From Microthyrium microscopicum (lineage: Eukaryota), in assembly GCA_010405405.1 (NCBI GenBank), contig MU004233.1:1067122-1131121 (forward strand): DNA of 64,000 nucleotides, in the 5' to 3' direction. Made by a program: the position numbers and the translations under genes. Of this stretch, positions 36,496-51,593 are shown one piece after another (the first letter of the stretch is position 1; each line of letters starts with the position of its first letter). The notes under the pieces were generated by a model, which had not been told where the DNA came from, ran no database searches, and worked only from the letters and a program-made list of their open reading frames with translations.

Positions 36496-39400
36496 CTTTA
36501 TATCTAATAAAGTATTATCTATACCTTTTTATTATTCTATTATTTTCTAGCTTACTAAGGTAATTATCTAGATATTAATAAATCTAGATATTTTTAGAAT
36601 ACTCTAGTTTATAGCGCTAATAAGGTGCTAATAGTAGTATACTATAAATAAATAAATACTTTTATTCCTTTAACTAGTTATCTAGTAAACTATTGCTATT
36701 ATAGTTAGTAGAGTTAAATATATTAGATCTAATAATAGATAGTAACTACTTAGGGTTAGGGCTAGGCTTTATAGGATTATATTTATAGAAGTTATAAATT
36801 AGGTTTACTATATTCTTAAGGTCTTCCTATAGCTATTATAAAGGCGTATTATAACTTATTTATTTTATAAAGTATTCTAACTTCTTATAGGTACCTTTTT
36901 TATAGTAGCTATTAAGGATCTTATTAACTTACTATTCTTCTTCTTTTAGTACTTTACTTACTACTACTAGTAGAGGATTATACTAATATAGAAGCTCTAT
37001 ATTATTTATAATAGTATATAATAGCTAAATATAAAATATAAGGTATATCTTTATATACTTTAGTAGATTAAGTTTAAATATAATAGTATTAAGCTTTTTT
37101 AGAATATAGAAAGGCTTTATACTTTTACTATTAAGGGTTTTAGATATATATATTATATAGTAGTTTTAAATATCTAGATATACCTAGTCTTTAGGTTAAA
37201 GATCTAATACTATATATTAGTACTTATTAGCTTATTTAGCTTATTATACTTATACCTATATTAGCTATTCTATAAGATAATTATATATATCTTTATAGTT
37301 TTCCTATATTTTATTAGTATCTTTTTATTCTTATTAAGCTAAAAAGAAGAAGTATTAATATAGTACTAGTACTTAGCAAGCTAATTTAAGTCTAGATTTA
37401 AGAAGGAAGCTATATTAGATCTTAAAGAGAGTAAAGCCTATTATTATACTAATAGTAGAGTTAATAGTAAATTCTATAAATAATAGTAACTAAACCTAAT
37501 TATCCTAATCCTAGTTAATAAAAGTACAAAGATATTACTTAAGTACTAATATTAAGATCTTTATAATCTTATTAGTTTATAGGTACTATATAGTACTTAG
37601 CTATAGTACTATATTTACTTAATTATATAATTATTTCTAAAACGCTAAAGTAAACTATAACTCTTTATCTAATAGAATTATACTTAGTTATTTTATTAAC
37701 TTCTAAACTTAATTAATAAATATAAGAACTATTATCTTAATAGAAAAATTAGGTAGAGAAATAAAGTATTATTAGTAAGTATATTAATCTATAATAACTA
37801 TAATATAATAAAAAGTAATATCTAAATAAGTATATTAAGGTAGAGAAATAGTAAAGTTAATTAAGATATTTAACTATGCTTATTTTAATAGAGGAAAGGA
37901 CTAAAGAAGTCCTTACTTTTTTTAGCAAATTAGTTTAGTAAAGATATATTTATATCTTAAGACGTACTTCTTTATATCTTATAATATATATAGCTACTAG
38001 TAATCTTACTAAAGTTAGTAATAAGTAGTTACTAAGTCTTTATAGTTTATAACTTTATATTAATAGGTATATATTATAGCGTAATAATAAAGTTTACCTT
38101 TAAGTATTAGAATATATTAGTAATAAAGGACTAGGCCCTCTACTAAGATTATATAGTTACTAAGCTTAATATCTTATTATTCTAAGATACTAAAGAGGAG
38201 ATATAATAATTCTTCTTACTTAGTATAGCAAATAGTATTTAGTAATATATTATTTTTACTTACTTCTATTATTTTTATTAGAAACTAATTAATATTAAAA
38301 TCTAGGGATTTATTAAGCTTTAAAAAGTTGCTCTTAGGCACGTTCTTAGGCTAGTCCTTATTACTAAGGTTTACTATTATAGAGTTTTTTAATAACTCTC
38401 CTACTCTAGTAAGAAAATCTAACTTATTTATAATAATAGTAGTAATTTATATAAGAAATAATATAATAGGTTTAACTAGTAGGTATACTATCTTAATTAT
38501 ATATATAGTATTAAACTAGTAAAGAAAAAGTAGAGAATATACTTAGTATTAAATATATAGATTATTATTACTTTAAGGAAGATCTTAAGAATACTAAGTT
38601 AGTATATCTACTTTTCTATTAGCTAGTCTAGGATAATATATAATCTTAAAGTAGAACTATAATAAAAACTTTACCTAGCGTATTTAATAGTATAAAAGCT
38701 TCTTAGTAGTTATAAATATTTATAGATTTTAATAATTAGAGAATACCTTAATAAGATTATTAGTAGAGAATAACTTTAGTTTCTATTTCTTAAAAGTATA
38801 TATAATTATAAGAAGCTCTTTATTATAAATATTATAATTATACTTAGTTAAAGATATCTTCTTTAATAGGAACGCTATAGAATATAGATCTTTATTATTA
38901 TCCTTTTAAGATAATACCCTTACGTATATTTAGTCTAATATATTAGTTTTAAGCTAAGTCTCCTTAGTATAGTTAAAGTATTTTAAAATAGGCGCTATTA
39001 TAAACGTATTTTTTAGTTTATTAAACGCCTAGTTCTTAGAACCTCTAACATCCTATAGAAAAATAGTTACTACGTCTTTCTTTATTAAAGTTATAAAAGG
39101 TATAGTAATTTCTAAGTATCCTTATATAAAATAATAATAAAAGTTAGTAAAATTAAGGAAGGCCTAAATATCTTTTATATATAATAGTTATTCCTACTCT
39201 AGTACTAATTCTATCTTCGCTAAGTTTATTTTAATATCTTCTATAGTAATAATTAGCCCTAGATATTTTACTTCTATAGTAGTAAACTCTAATTTATAGA
39301 TATTAAGATATAAACTAGCTTTCTTTAGCTTATTAAGTACTAAATATATATAAGTTATATATTCTTTATATATCTTACTAAAAATAAGAATATTGTCTAT

Positions 39401-39640
39401 ATAGACTATAGTAAAGTTATTAAGATATTTTATTAGGATATAGTTAATATATACTTAAAAAGTACCTAGAGTACTTATTAATCTAAAGGGTATAATAATA
39501 AACTTATAGAGACTATATTATATAAAGAAAGCTATTTTATACTTATCTCTAAGTTTAATTTATATTTACTTATAGACTATAATAACATTAAATTTACTAT
39601 AGTATTATACTTAATATAGCTTTATTAAAGTATTAAGAAG

Positions 39641-39866
39641 TATAATAATTCCTCTTTATAGGCTTTATAGTAGTATTGTAAGAGAGATCTTGTTGTAAGA
39701 TTATGTACTAGACTTAAGAAGGTTAGCACGCCTAAGGATTTGCTAAGTAGACTTACTTTCCTTATAGATCTATAGCTCTTCTAGATCTTTTTCTCTCTTT
39801 TTCCTATTTATAGATTTTAGAATATAATCTAATTATTTACTTACTTAAGTTCTATAGCTTGTTATA
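39641..39866 (+). repeat. 5' LTR of element B
   Basis: Direct repeat of 47067-47292, differing mostly by C/T and G/A changes. Confidence 0.9.
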
Positions 39867-42800
39867 TAATTTATAAATCTTTTAAATATCTATATACTTA
39901 TACTATGCACCCTAGAATTTACTTCTAAAGAAGTACCTATATAGATTAATATTCTACGTATATAGTCTTAGACCCTATTAAAGATTCTTTATAGATTTAC
40001 TAAATCTATTAGCTTTACTAACCTTTTATCTAATTAGAGCATTAGGATTCTCTAATACTCTTTAATCTACTAATAATCTAAGTATTAATTGCTCTTTATC
40101 CTTAGTTTTATAGAATACTAAAGTTTATCTTTTATACTACTACTAAATATCTATAATTATACTTAATATACTTACTATTAAAATACGTTAAATAAATAAG
40201 CGTTCTCTCTTAGTATCCTTCTTTATTATTTATAACTATAGCTAATAAGGCTTCTACCTAATAGACCTAAGTTAATAGCTATATAGCTTACTTACTATCC
40301 CTAGTTACTTATACTTAGCCTTATAATTAGCGTTAATTCTTATCTCTTATACATTCATATTACCTATCTTTATTATATTACTTTTCTACTATATATACTA
40401 AATATTAAAGTAGACTTAATACTTAGGATATAGTATAACTAGATACTACCTAGAAAGTAGTAAATTTAGTAGAGAACGTCTTAGGACTATTAAAATTACT
40501 AGAACTAGACTTAAGAGCGTTATTAGAAGATAAAGATAAGTTAGAAGATAATTATTTATTAAAATAAGGCTATAAAAATAAAGAGACTAAAGCATTAAAA
40601 GACGCCTCTTAAAATACTAGTTAAATAACTTTACTAAACTAAATAAATATAAGAAATAATTAACTACTAGCTCCTTTTTAACTTAATAATAATATTAGAC
40701 TTTCTCTTAGAATATATAAATAGCTAATAAAACTACGCTAATAAGCTAAAGGCTCTAGAGTACTACTTATATTAATATTTTACTACTCTATAGTAGTAAA
40801 CTTTAATTAATTAGTTACTCTAATTATTAATAAGAACCCTCTAATCTTTTAAGCTACTTAAGTATAAAAGATACTTAGTAAAGAAGATAATAAGCTAAAG
40901 GATATAGAAATATACTTCTATTGTAAAGAAAAATAATTAGACTTCTATTACTACTTTTACTACTTAATTAAATTAAGTATAGACTTAGAACGTCTATTAA
41001 AAGAAAAGTTAACGCTAGATAACTTAGTTATATAGCTTTATGCCTTTTTATTAGCCTTCTAAATCATAGCTTATTTCTTTAAAATTAAGTAGAATATAAA
41101 TACTTATAATATAGACTTAATCTATACTTTCTAAGAAGAAGCTTTAGAAGCTTAAGGAGAAATATAAGACTTAGCTAAAACTAATAATAAATACGCAAAG
41201 TAGATTACTTACCTTAAAGCGTAAATCTAAGATAATGCTATTATTCTTAAGAAAGTAGTAACTACTTATTAAAAAGCATAAGAACTATAATATAATAATA
41301 ATCTACTTAAGAAAGTACTTACTACTTATATTAATAAGATTAGTAAATACTATAAAGCTCTATAGAAGAAGGTAAATAAAGCTACTATTCTTTAAGCCTA
41401 AGTTAATATCCTTTAAAAGAAACTTTTAGCTACTAAAGTAACTAATCCCTATCTTAATTATAATAAGTTAGTAAATAATAATTTATTTTACTAGACTTTT
41501 TTAGCTTAAGATATAGACTAACCTAACTTAAATATATCTTTAAGGGTACTAAACTTATATTAAATTACTTCCTTCTCTAACCTTAACTTAGTTAGTAATA
41601 CTTCTCTCTTTAAGATATAGGGTAATAAGCCTTTACTCTTCTTAAGAAAGAATAAGTAGAAATACTATACTTAGAAAGGTAAAGTATTAGATTACTTTAA
41701 TAATAATATATAAGTCTATTTTATAAAAGCTTCTAAGATTTAAGTTATTTAAGAAGTAATAAAAGATTAAGCGTTTAGTACTATTAATAAGTAGAGTAAC
41801 TATAAGTTAACTAACTTATATTTATTTATAGTAGAGATATAGTCTAATCTAGACTATAAATATAGTATTAAAGATAGCTATATTATTGTTAAGACTTAGC
41901 TTAAAAGTTAAGAAGCTATAATAAAGCCTACTAAGAAGCTTAAATAATTCCTAGCTTACTTCTTAGAAAACTTATAAAAAGCTAAGCTTAGTAATTAAGA
42001 TAAGATTATTAAAATGCGTTCTCTTCTACTCCTAAAGTTTATAAAGAGAATACTCTTTATAGAATTAAAAATATTTATAGACTTCCTTAAGAGCTTATAT
42101 ACTATAGCTTATTATATTAAATACGTTCTCTTTACTAATTTATAAAGCTATAATAATAATAATCGTCTAGTAGCTAAGAGTAGTAAATAGAAACTAAAGT
42201 TTAACTACTTTTTAGATATTTATAATACCTTAAAGGCTAATAACTATTATATAAAGTATAGAGAGAAAGGCTATAGCTATTAATATAACTTAGTACTATA
42301 TAAAGATAGAGATACTCTTTTAGATACTAAAATATAACTAAAGGTTACTATTATTATTATAGAGTTTGTTACTATCTATAATTAAATTATTACTTAATCT
42401 TCTTAGTCCCTAACTATAAAGGATAATTATAATAAGTATAATTATAGTAATAATATAGAAAACTAAAAGCTCCTTTATAAAGATATATAAAGGAGCTAAA
42501 TAAGTAAGAAGCGTATAATTAATAACGAAAGAAAGAAGAACTTAATCCTAAGCTAGTTCTCTCTAAAGAATAAATCTAATATAAGGTTAATAAGACTATC
42601 TAGTGCCTAGAAGGTAATCTTTAATAAGCATTATTTCTAAAGCCTATTATATTTAATAATACTAAACTAGCTATTATTAAGATATCTCTTATCTTTATAG
42701 TATATAATTTTTATCTCTAAGAAGTAGCTACTATACTTATAATAAGTAACTAATAGACTACTTCTAGTATTAAATTCTCTCTAAGATAAGGCTACTACTT

Positions 42801-45800
42801 AAAAATTAATATCCTTATAGATACTAGTAGTAGAGTAATAGAAATTATTTACCTTAACTTTATTAAATAATACGAGATCTTTACTATTAATCTCTTTGCT
42901 TCTTAAATTATATAATTAGCTAATAATAAGGCTATTACGAAAGTTAATAAAGCTACTATAGTTAATATTTATTTAGGAAGGTATATTAAATAAATCTGCT
43001 ACTTTATTATAAACGTTACTAGCTATAACCTTATCCTTAGTAACCCTTAAATTAACTTCTATAAGGTTATTCTTAAAGGAGGTAAGAAGTAAATCTACTT
43101 TAATTTAGACTATTACTTTATATACTACTTATTAGTAGGCTACCTAATCTTAGTAGATTATAAGGGCTACTTAGTTAATCTAATAGACTCTTACTTTAAA
43201 AATATTACTATAATTAGCGCTATTACTTTTATTAAGTTATTAGAATAAGGCTAATAATTTAGCAAAATCTAGCTTAATAACTTTAAAGATAGAAAGAAAA
43301 AGAAACTTCTAAATCTAGATCTTATATTAAAAGAAGACGTTACTATTAACTTAGGCAAAATCTTATTTAAGAATTTTAAAAAGTAGTAAGAGAAGTATAA
43401 TAAGTCTTCTTTCTTATAAGAAGAGATTCTTAAATACTTACTAAAGAAATATTACTATTATATAGACGTCTTTAACTTAAAATTAGATAATAAACTTATA
43501 CTATATTATAGCAAATAGGATTACTTTATTAATATTATCTCTAATACTATAATCCCTAAATACTACTATAATAGCCTAAGTTACTAGGAATTCCTTATTA
43601 TTAAATAATATATTAATTAGATACTTAGTTAAGATTAAGTTTAAGTTAGTAAGTTATATTACGTTATATTAATACTATATATATATAAGCTAGGAGAAGG
43701 AATTTAAGTTTATATTAATTATTATAAACTTAATAAGATTATATAAAAGAATTATAATATTCCTCTATAGCTACTAGAAATACTTACTTATATCTATTAT
43801 GTAAAATACTTCTTTAAATTTAACGTTATTATTATCTTTATATATATCTATATTAAACCTAGTAATAAATATAAAATTATATTCTTAACTTATTATAAAT
43901 TATATAAATTTAAAGTTATACTCTTTAGCTTTACTAAAGCTCTAGGGACCTTTTAAGCTTATCTTAACTATATTTTAATTAATTACCTAGATAACTTTAT
44001 TATAAGCTATATAGATAATCTATTAGTCTTTAGTAATATTAAAGCTAGCTATACTACTTATATTTACTTAGTCCTAAATGTAATAGATAAAGTAGGATTA
44101 TACTTAAATATTTAGAAGTATAAATTTAATACTTAATAAGTTAAATACCTTAGCCTAATTATTACTACTAAAGGTATTAAGATAAACTTAGAAAAGATTT
44201 AAAGCGTAGTTAACTAATAACGTTCTTCTTTTATAAAGAACGTTTAAGCTTTCCTTAGCTTTACTAACTTCTATTACTAATTTATTCTTAAATATTTAAA
44301 GACTATAGTATTATTAATAATACTTATAAAGAAGGATGCTATAATAATCTTTCCTTAGGACTTTAATAGGCTAGAGGAATATATATTTAAGAAGCTAAAG
44401 TAAGACTTTATATCTACTAAGATATTACGTTACTTTAATTATATAAAAGAAATATAACTAGAGATAGACGCCTTAAATTAGATTTATACTATAGTTCTTT
44501 CTTAAAAAGGTAATAATAGGAAGCTTTACTTAGTTATATATTTCTTAAAGAAGATAACCCTAGTAGAGTATAATTATAATATTTATAATAAAGAGCTTTT
44601 AGCTATTATCTACGTATTTAAAGAATAGGAACTAGAGCTATTTAGCTCTATTAACTTTATTTAAGTATTTTTTAATTACTATAATCTTTAGACGTTTATA
44701 ATAATAAAACGTCTTTCTTAATAATAAGCTAGATAGGCTAAGTTCCTCTCCTAATTTTACTTTAAGATAAAGTACTATCTAGGTATAGCTAATAAAAAGG
44801 TAGATACCTTTACTTATTAGTTATAAGATATTTTATAAAGTAATAATAACCCTTATATCTCTTAATAGGTTTAACCTTTACTATTCCTATACTAATTTAA
44901 TATAAAATACGTAGTAAAGCTAGCTATATTACTTATTAAACTTGCTTACTTCTTAATACTATACTTAGCTATTATTACTTAAGATAAGTTAGATATTTCT
45001 AATCTTATAGGTAAGCTACTTAATCCTATAGGAGAGTCTCTTAGTAATAATAAGACGCCTAAAGGTAAGCTACTTAATCTCTTAAGAGATAACTTATCCC
45101 TAGATTTTAATAGCGACTAGTTCTTATAGAATATTATAAATATAGCAAAGTATAACAAAATAATAATTACTATTCGCTATACTAAAACTAACTACTAGCT
45201 TTTCTTACCTTTTAGTACTTTAGAATAAGAGTAAATTAAGCTTAGAGACTATATAGTAGCTACTAATAAGATAATTCTTTATTATAACTAGATCTTTATT
45301 CCTTAAGGTAAGCTTTAGTATTATACTATATAAAGTACGTATAGTTATAAAGCTATAAACTATAGTGAAGTAGTAATAACTTACTACTACTTATAAGAAG
45401 ATTACTAGTAGCCTAAAATATTATAAGATATTAAGAGCTTTATTAAAGGCTATAAATATATATTTACTAAACCTATCTATTAAAAAAAGTAAGGCTTCTT
45501 ATATTAATTTTCTCTCCTTAAGCGCGTATAGTCTAATATTTTTATTAACTTTACTATTTTACTACCTTACTATTTATACTAAAGTATAATCTACTAGTAC
45601 GTTATAGTAGTTATTAATTACTATATATAGACTTAATGTTTTATCTTGCTACTAAACTTATTTATAGACTTAATAGTACTAGCCTTTATTAACTATATAT
45701 AGAAACTTATTAGTTAGCTATTAATAATTCTTTTAGACTATAGTAGCTAATTTACCTTTATATTCTAGAAGTACTTATATAAATATATAGGTATAATACT

Positions 45801-46945
45801 TTATCTTAGTATAATATTTTATCCTAAGACTAATAATATAATAGAAATCTTAGTTATAGTACTTAAGTAATTCTTATACGCGTTTATTAACTAAGATTAA
45901 AATAACTAGGTAGCTCTTCTACTCTTTACTAAATTTATAGTTAATTTTATTATAAATGCTACTATAGGAGTTATACCCTTTAAAGCTTAAAATAGATTTA
46001 ATCCTTAATTAGGCCTTAAGTCCTTATATTGCTTCCTAAAACCTATAAACGCTTCTATAGTTACTAATAAGGAAGCTATTAATATAGATATAATATAGAA
46101 GGGTTGTACTAAGATATATAATTATTTAATAGAGTAATTAATCTAGGTATAAGCTTAATAAGTAGAATATACTAACTACTATTACTATATAGCTCTAGAC
46201 TTGTTACTAGGTAACTAAGTTTGCTTAAATATATAGAACTACCCTACTTTACATTCTTTAAAGACTTTAGATAATAAGAATATAGGTCCCTTCTATATAA
46301 TTAAGAAGATTAATACTATTACTTATAAACTTAATCTCTACTTTTCTATAAAGATATATAATATTTTCTACGCCTAGGTTCTCTACTATATTATAGATAA
46401 CACTAAGCTACTTAAGTATACTAATCTATTACTAGTAGTTATTAGAGAAACTATAGATAATAATAAATAGTCTATTAATACTATTATTAATAGCTACTTT
46501 ACTAGTTAATATAAAAAGCTATAATATAAGATTAAGTATACTAGTTATAATAAAGCTAAATAGTATAATTAAATAGCTACTAAGAACGTACTAAAGCTTA
46601 TTACTAAGTTTTATACTTAATACCTTAGTAAGCTAAGCTTATATCTTACTTAGATACTACTAATATTAGAGCCTACTAGTAATAATATTAATTATAAATT
46701 TAATAGCGTTCTTACTAATTAGGAAGAGTAAATAATTATACTACTAATTTCTTTATATTAATAGAACTATTAACTACTAGACTACTAGGACTTAAGAACT
46801 AAAGTATTCTAAGAATATCTTAGGGTTTATTAATACTTCTTAATAGTTACCTTAGTAGGCTAGAGGTTAAGATACTCTAAATAACTAGTAAGGTTAGTAC
46901 TATACTATAAAAAGATTAAAATATTATTTATTACTAAAAGTTTAT

Positions 46946-47005
46946 TAGACTAGACTAAACTAGACTAGACTAGACTAGACTAGACTAAATTAAAATAGAA
47001 TAGAT
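46946..47005 (+). repeat. Pentamer microsatellite (TAGAC)n in the 3' UTR of element B
   Basis: TAGACTAGACTAAACTAGACTAGACTAGACTAGACTAGAC followed by degenerate units. Confidence 0.85.
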
Positions 47006-47066
47006 TAAGAAAGTAGATATAATTAGTAGTCTATAGCCTAAAGAGCTATACTAAAGAGGGAGGTTA

Positions 47067-47292
47067 TATAATAATTCTTCTTTATAGGCTTTATAGTAGT
47101 ATTATAAGAGAGATCTTATTATAAGATTACGTACTAGACCTAAGGAGATTAGCGTGCTTAAGAATTTACTAAGTAGACTTACTTCCCTTATAGATCTATA
47201 GCTCTTCTAGATCTTCTTCTCTCTCTCTCTCGTTTATAGATTCTAGAATACAATCTAATTATTTGCTTACTTAAGTTCTATAGCTCGTCACA
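47067..47292 (+). repeat. 3' LTR of element B
   Basis: Direct repeat of 39641-39866, preceded by the PPT and followed by TSD AGAAG. Confidence 0.9.
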
Positions 47293-50200
47293 AGAAGTAA
47301 TAGTAGTATATTCTTATTTCTATAAGAGATCTTATTAAGGCCTTAATAATTAATATAGACTTAAATATTACTACTAAGTTTATATATATATAGTATTAGT
47401 ATTATAAAATATAACTTTAATAGATATATAAAACTCTTTTCTAATAAACCTTCTAGATACTATTTAATAATAATATTCTACTTTAGGTTTATACTAATAC
47501 TATATCGTTTTAGTATTATAGTATCTAGAATTAAATTAATAGAATAATTAAATCCTAAGTAGTAGGGTAGTAATTTATCTACTTTTTATAGATTAAAGAC
47601 TTTAAGATAGTAATAGAATTTCTTTAGGATTATTTTATAGAGTTCTTTATAAGTAAGATAAAGTCGTTTATACTTCTTTTACTACTTCTTAAAGTTATAC
47701 TCTAAGATAGTAGATAAGTTAATTACTATATTATCTATAAAGAAGATTAGGTTTAATATCTCTAAGAGATTAAATAGTTTTAGTTCTTCTATTAAAGGGT
47801 TCTTTAGTAAAGGATTATTTAGTAGCTTCTTTTCTTTAGGCTTAGTAAAGTCTTTAGAATAAAGAACTTCTACTTTCTATCCTTATTACTTTACTAATAT
47901 TATTATAATATATATAAATATAGCTATTACTTTTTTATCCTCTAAAAGTTTTATAATAAAATTATATTAACCCTAAGTATTAACTTTAATAGGGCGCTAT
48001 ATTAGAATATAGTTATAAAGGTAATAATAAGAGTTAAATATAATAGTCTTTTTACCTCCTTTTAAGTAGACTTTATAAAGTTAGATCTAAGGATTACTAA
48101 GAATAAGATTATAAGTAGCTACTTCTATAACGAAATAATATATTTATTTAATATAACTCTTAATATATATAATAACTAGTATAGCTTTATTAATTTTAAT
48201 AATAGTCTTTCTATTTATAAGCTTTACTAAATATAGTTAGTTAAGTTATATTTTTAGTATATTATACTATTTAATAAAGTAGATATAAATAATTCTAAGT
48301 ATACTATTACTAATATTAATTAGTACGTTATACTTCTTAAAGGCATTAGCCTCTAGAATTAATATATTCCTAACTATTATCTATTATAGTTTTATAAAAG
48401 ATACGTAGTTAATATTATTTAATAGTAGCTATCCTAGATTAATTACTACTATAGATAGTTAAATAACGTAATATACTTCTAGTAGTAGGCTTAGATTTGC
48501 CTATTAGGTTTCTAGCTCTTAAATCCTATCTTAAATCTAGCCTAACTCTTACTTTTTTTACTAATTATATACTTCTTATAGGTTTAGCTCCTCCTTATAT
48601 TAGTAAGGTAGAGTATTTAGTTTAAATACTTATAAAAGTATATATTAAGTATCTTTATTTATAAAGTATTTGCTATAGCTATAAGTATAATAAAAACCTT
48701 TAGTTAAATCTTATTATTTATTAAATAAGCCTTCTATCTATAAGGAATATTCTTCTATTCTAAGGTATAATTCTTCTTACTATATTTAGGACACCTATTC
48801 TATACTTATAAAGCTAAAAAGATATTATTAGGATAATATAAACGTTTACTATTATTCTAATTATTATTATTATAGGCGCCTCTATTCTAGTTTTCTAAAT
48901 TATTACTTAAGTTATTATTATTAATATTGCTATTATTAGAGTTATTAGTATTAGAATTATTATTATTATTCTATTTTAGGAAGTTTAGGTCTTATTCTAC
49001 ATTATATAGATACGTATAAAGTTCTAGATAAGTCTTAATATCTTATTCTATTAAAAAGCGAATAAACTATTCTAAGAAAAATAAATATAGTTTAGTAACT
49101 TTATTATAATCTTTTAGGTCTACGTCTTTAGTCTTTTCTAAAAAGTAGCTTAAGAATTCTATTAGGTCTTCTATAGTTTTTATCTTAGTATCTACTAAAT
49201 AAAGCTATTACTTTATAATATTATATCTATTTATTACTTTATTATAAGTATTTAGGTCCTTCTATATATTATTAATAGTAAGGTAAGGGCTTATAGAGTT
49301 ATAGCTTAAGTAACGTAATATTAAAGACTATACTAGATTATTTAGGTTATTATAAATAAACTAAATCTTCTTCTTATTAGTTAGGTAAAACTAAGTATCT
49401 TCTTCTAGAATATTTAATACTTAATCCTTTTATTAATAGTATTTACTCTTATCCTTACTATTATACTATTTAACTATATAATAAGATTAACTAATATATA
49501 AAGTAATATTATTTAAGAGGTTAAACCCTACTTTTAAAAAAAGTAATATAAAATATATTTATATTAGGTTAGGTTAAGTAGCTATAAGTTAATATAGTAT
49601 ATTACTAAGTAATTTAGTATTTTTTTTATCTCTTAGGCGTATAAAAGCTAGTATATTATAAGGTTTTATAAAAGTTAGAAGATTTTATATTTACTATTCT
49701 ATAATATAAAGACGTTAAGTAAGGGATTTATTTTTAGTATTAAGGTTTATAATAATAGTATTCTAAAATTATATTTACTTATAATATTCTTAGAATTATT
49801 TTATATAATATACTAACTCTACTTTTATAGAAGTAGTATAATTTTTTATTACCTAAATATTATACTATAGTTAATAATAATTAGAAGTAAGTTTATAGTA
49901 ATTAATTATACTAATTTAAAGTTCTTTAACTTTTAAGAAGAGCTTATTTATTTCTATTTTATAGTTAACTATAAAGCCTTTTAGGTTATCTACTTTATTT
50001 ATAAAATCTTAAATCTCTTCTAAAGACTTAGCATTTTAGATATTACTCTTTTATAATTTATTATAGTAAAATTAGTAGCGTACTACTATAGCTTAGTTTA
50101 TAGCTAAGGTAGCGTAAATTTAATTAAATAAAAGTTAAGGATCTTTTTATATAACTTTCTACTTTAGCTCTTAAGTATTATAAATTAGATAATAATCTTT

Positions 50201-51365
50201 AAATATCTTAGTAGTAGAATTAAGTTCTTAATAATAAAATAGTAATAATAAGTTTAAGAAACCTTCTAGTATAGCTACTTTTAGATCTTTATAGGCTTAT
50301 ATTTAGAAAGGGCCTTAAAAGACTTAGAAGAACATAATACGTACTATATTATTAACTACTAGGTAGTTATTTTAGAAAGCTAGAAGAACCTCCTTATAAT
50401 TATTATTTTAGAGCTATATTTCCTATAACTAGACTAATATAATAAGATAGATTTCTTTAAATACCTTTTCTTTTTTTACTTCTTATATATTTTTATAAAA
50501 AGCTAAAGGTATTATTAAAGTAACTAGTTCTACTAAGGGCATAGTAAATACTATAATTTTAATTAGTTATAAAAGTTTACTACTAGGTATATACTAAATA
50601 GGTAATAGGATTAGCTTCTAGTTTATTTAACTATAAGTAAATAAATTAAAGAGTAAAAGGTTATTATCTTTATTAGAATTAGTATAAGATAATTAATACT
50701 TACTCTTTTCTTATTAAGAAGTCTAAATAATAGCTTATATAGAGTCTTATATATCTACTACTACTTTCTTTATAAATAAGCCTTTAGGATCTTAATCCTA
50801 ATAGTAGCTAATAACTAATATATAGCAATTCTAAGAAGGGCCTAAAACTATTTTATCTTAGTATTAAGGAAATATAAACTATGATTAAGAGCAAGTAGTT
50901 ACGTTAAGACTTAGAGACGCTAAGAGAGAAAATTCTTTAAGAGAGTCTATAGTTTCGTTAATAAATAGCTACGTAGAGATAATAATAAGTAATAATAATT
51001 AAATAATTTCTTAATTACTAGAAATAAATAGATTAATAAATTAAGAGTAATTAGAATATAGATTAATAGTATAGAGAGAGGTAAAAGAGTAAAGGTTCTA
51101 TATAGCTAAGTAGAAGAGTTCTAAGAGCTTAGACTACTATAAGATCTAAGTATTTACGTTAAATACCTTATTAAAGATAATTAATTAGTATTTTTAGAAG
51201 GTAGTAAAGATATACTACTTAATTATATTAAGAAGTCTATAAATAAGAATATATATAAGCTATTTCTTAAGTATAAGTTCTAAAATCTAAGAGCGCTAAT
51301 TCCTAAAAATAAATATATAAATAATTTTAAAGTTAATTTTTTAGTTTAATAGGTACGCTAGATTA

Positions 51366-51593
51366 TATAAGGATCTAATAGGTATATAATTAAGCAAAGG
51401 GTAGATAATATTTAATAATCTAGTATATAAAGAAAGAGAGAGAAATAAAGTAGAATCTACGCTAAGAGAAAAAGAGGATAATGCTTAGTAAATCCTTAGA
51501 GACGCTAGCCCTAATTAGGATTAGCGCTGCTAGATCTTTATAAAGATCTAGCTTAATACTAAAGCTATTATGCTTTAGTAAGGAATCCTTATA
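51366..51593 (-). repeat. 5' LTR of element A
   Basis: TATAAGGATC...ATCCTTATA, a direct repeat of 36162-36389. Confidence 0.9.

Larger units (their letters stand above)
39641..47292 (+). mobile_element. Ty3/Gypsy (probably chromovirus) LTR retrotransposon B, 7652 bp, RIP-inactivated
   Basis: 226-bp LTRs at 39641-39866 and 47067-47292 (ends ...GTCACA); TSD AGAAG; PPT AAAGAGGGAGG before the 3' LTR; relic motifs in RT-RNaseH-IN order: YIDNLLVFS (44008), ExDA (44461), KELLAI (about 44590), F(H)PxT(D) (about 45817), GPF (about 46285). Confidence 0.92.
36162..51593 (-). mobile_element. Ty3/Gypsy LTR retrotransposon A (about 7.8 kb excluding the nested insert), RIP-inactivated
   Basis: 228-bp direct LTRs at 36162-36389 and 51366-51593; 5-bp TSD TTATA; polypurine tract on the minus strand next to the left LTR; RT relic YIDNILIFS (RIP-mutated YxDD) at about 39377-39403 on the minus strand. 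Confidence 0.9.
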
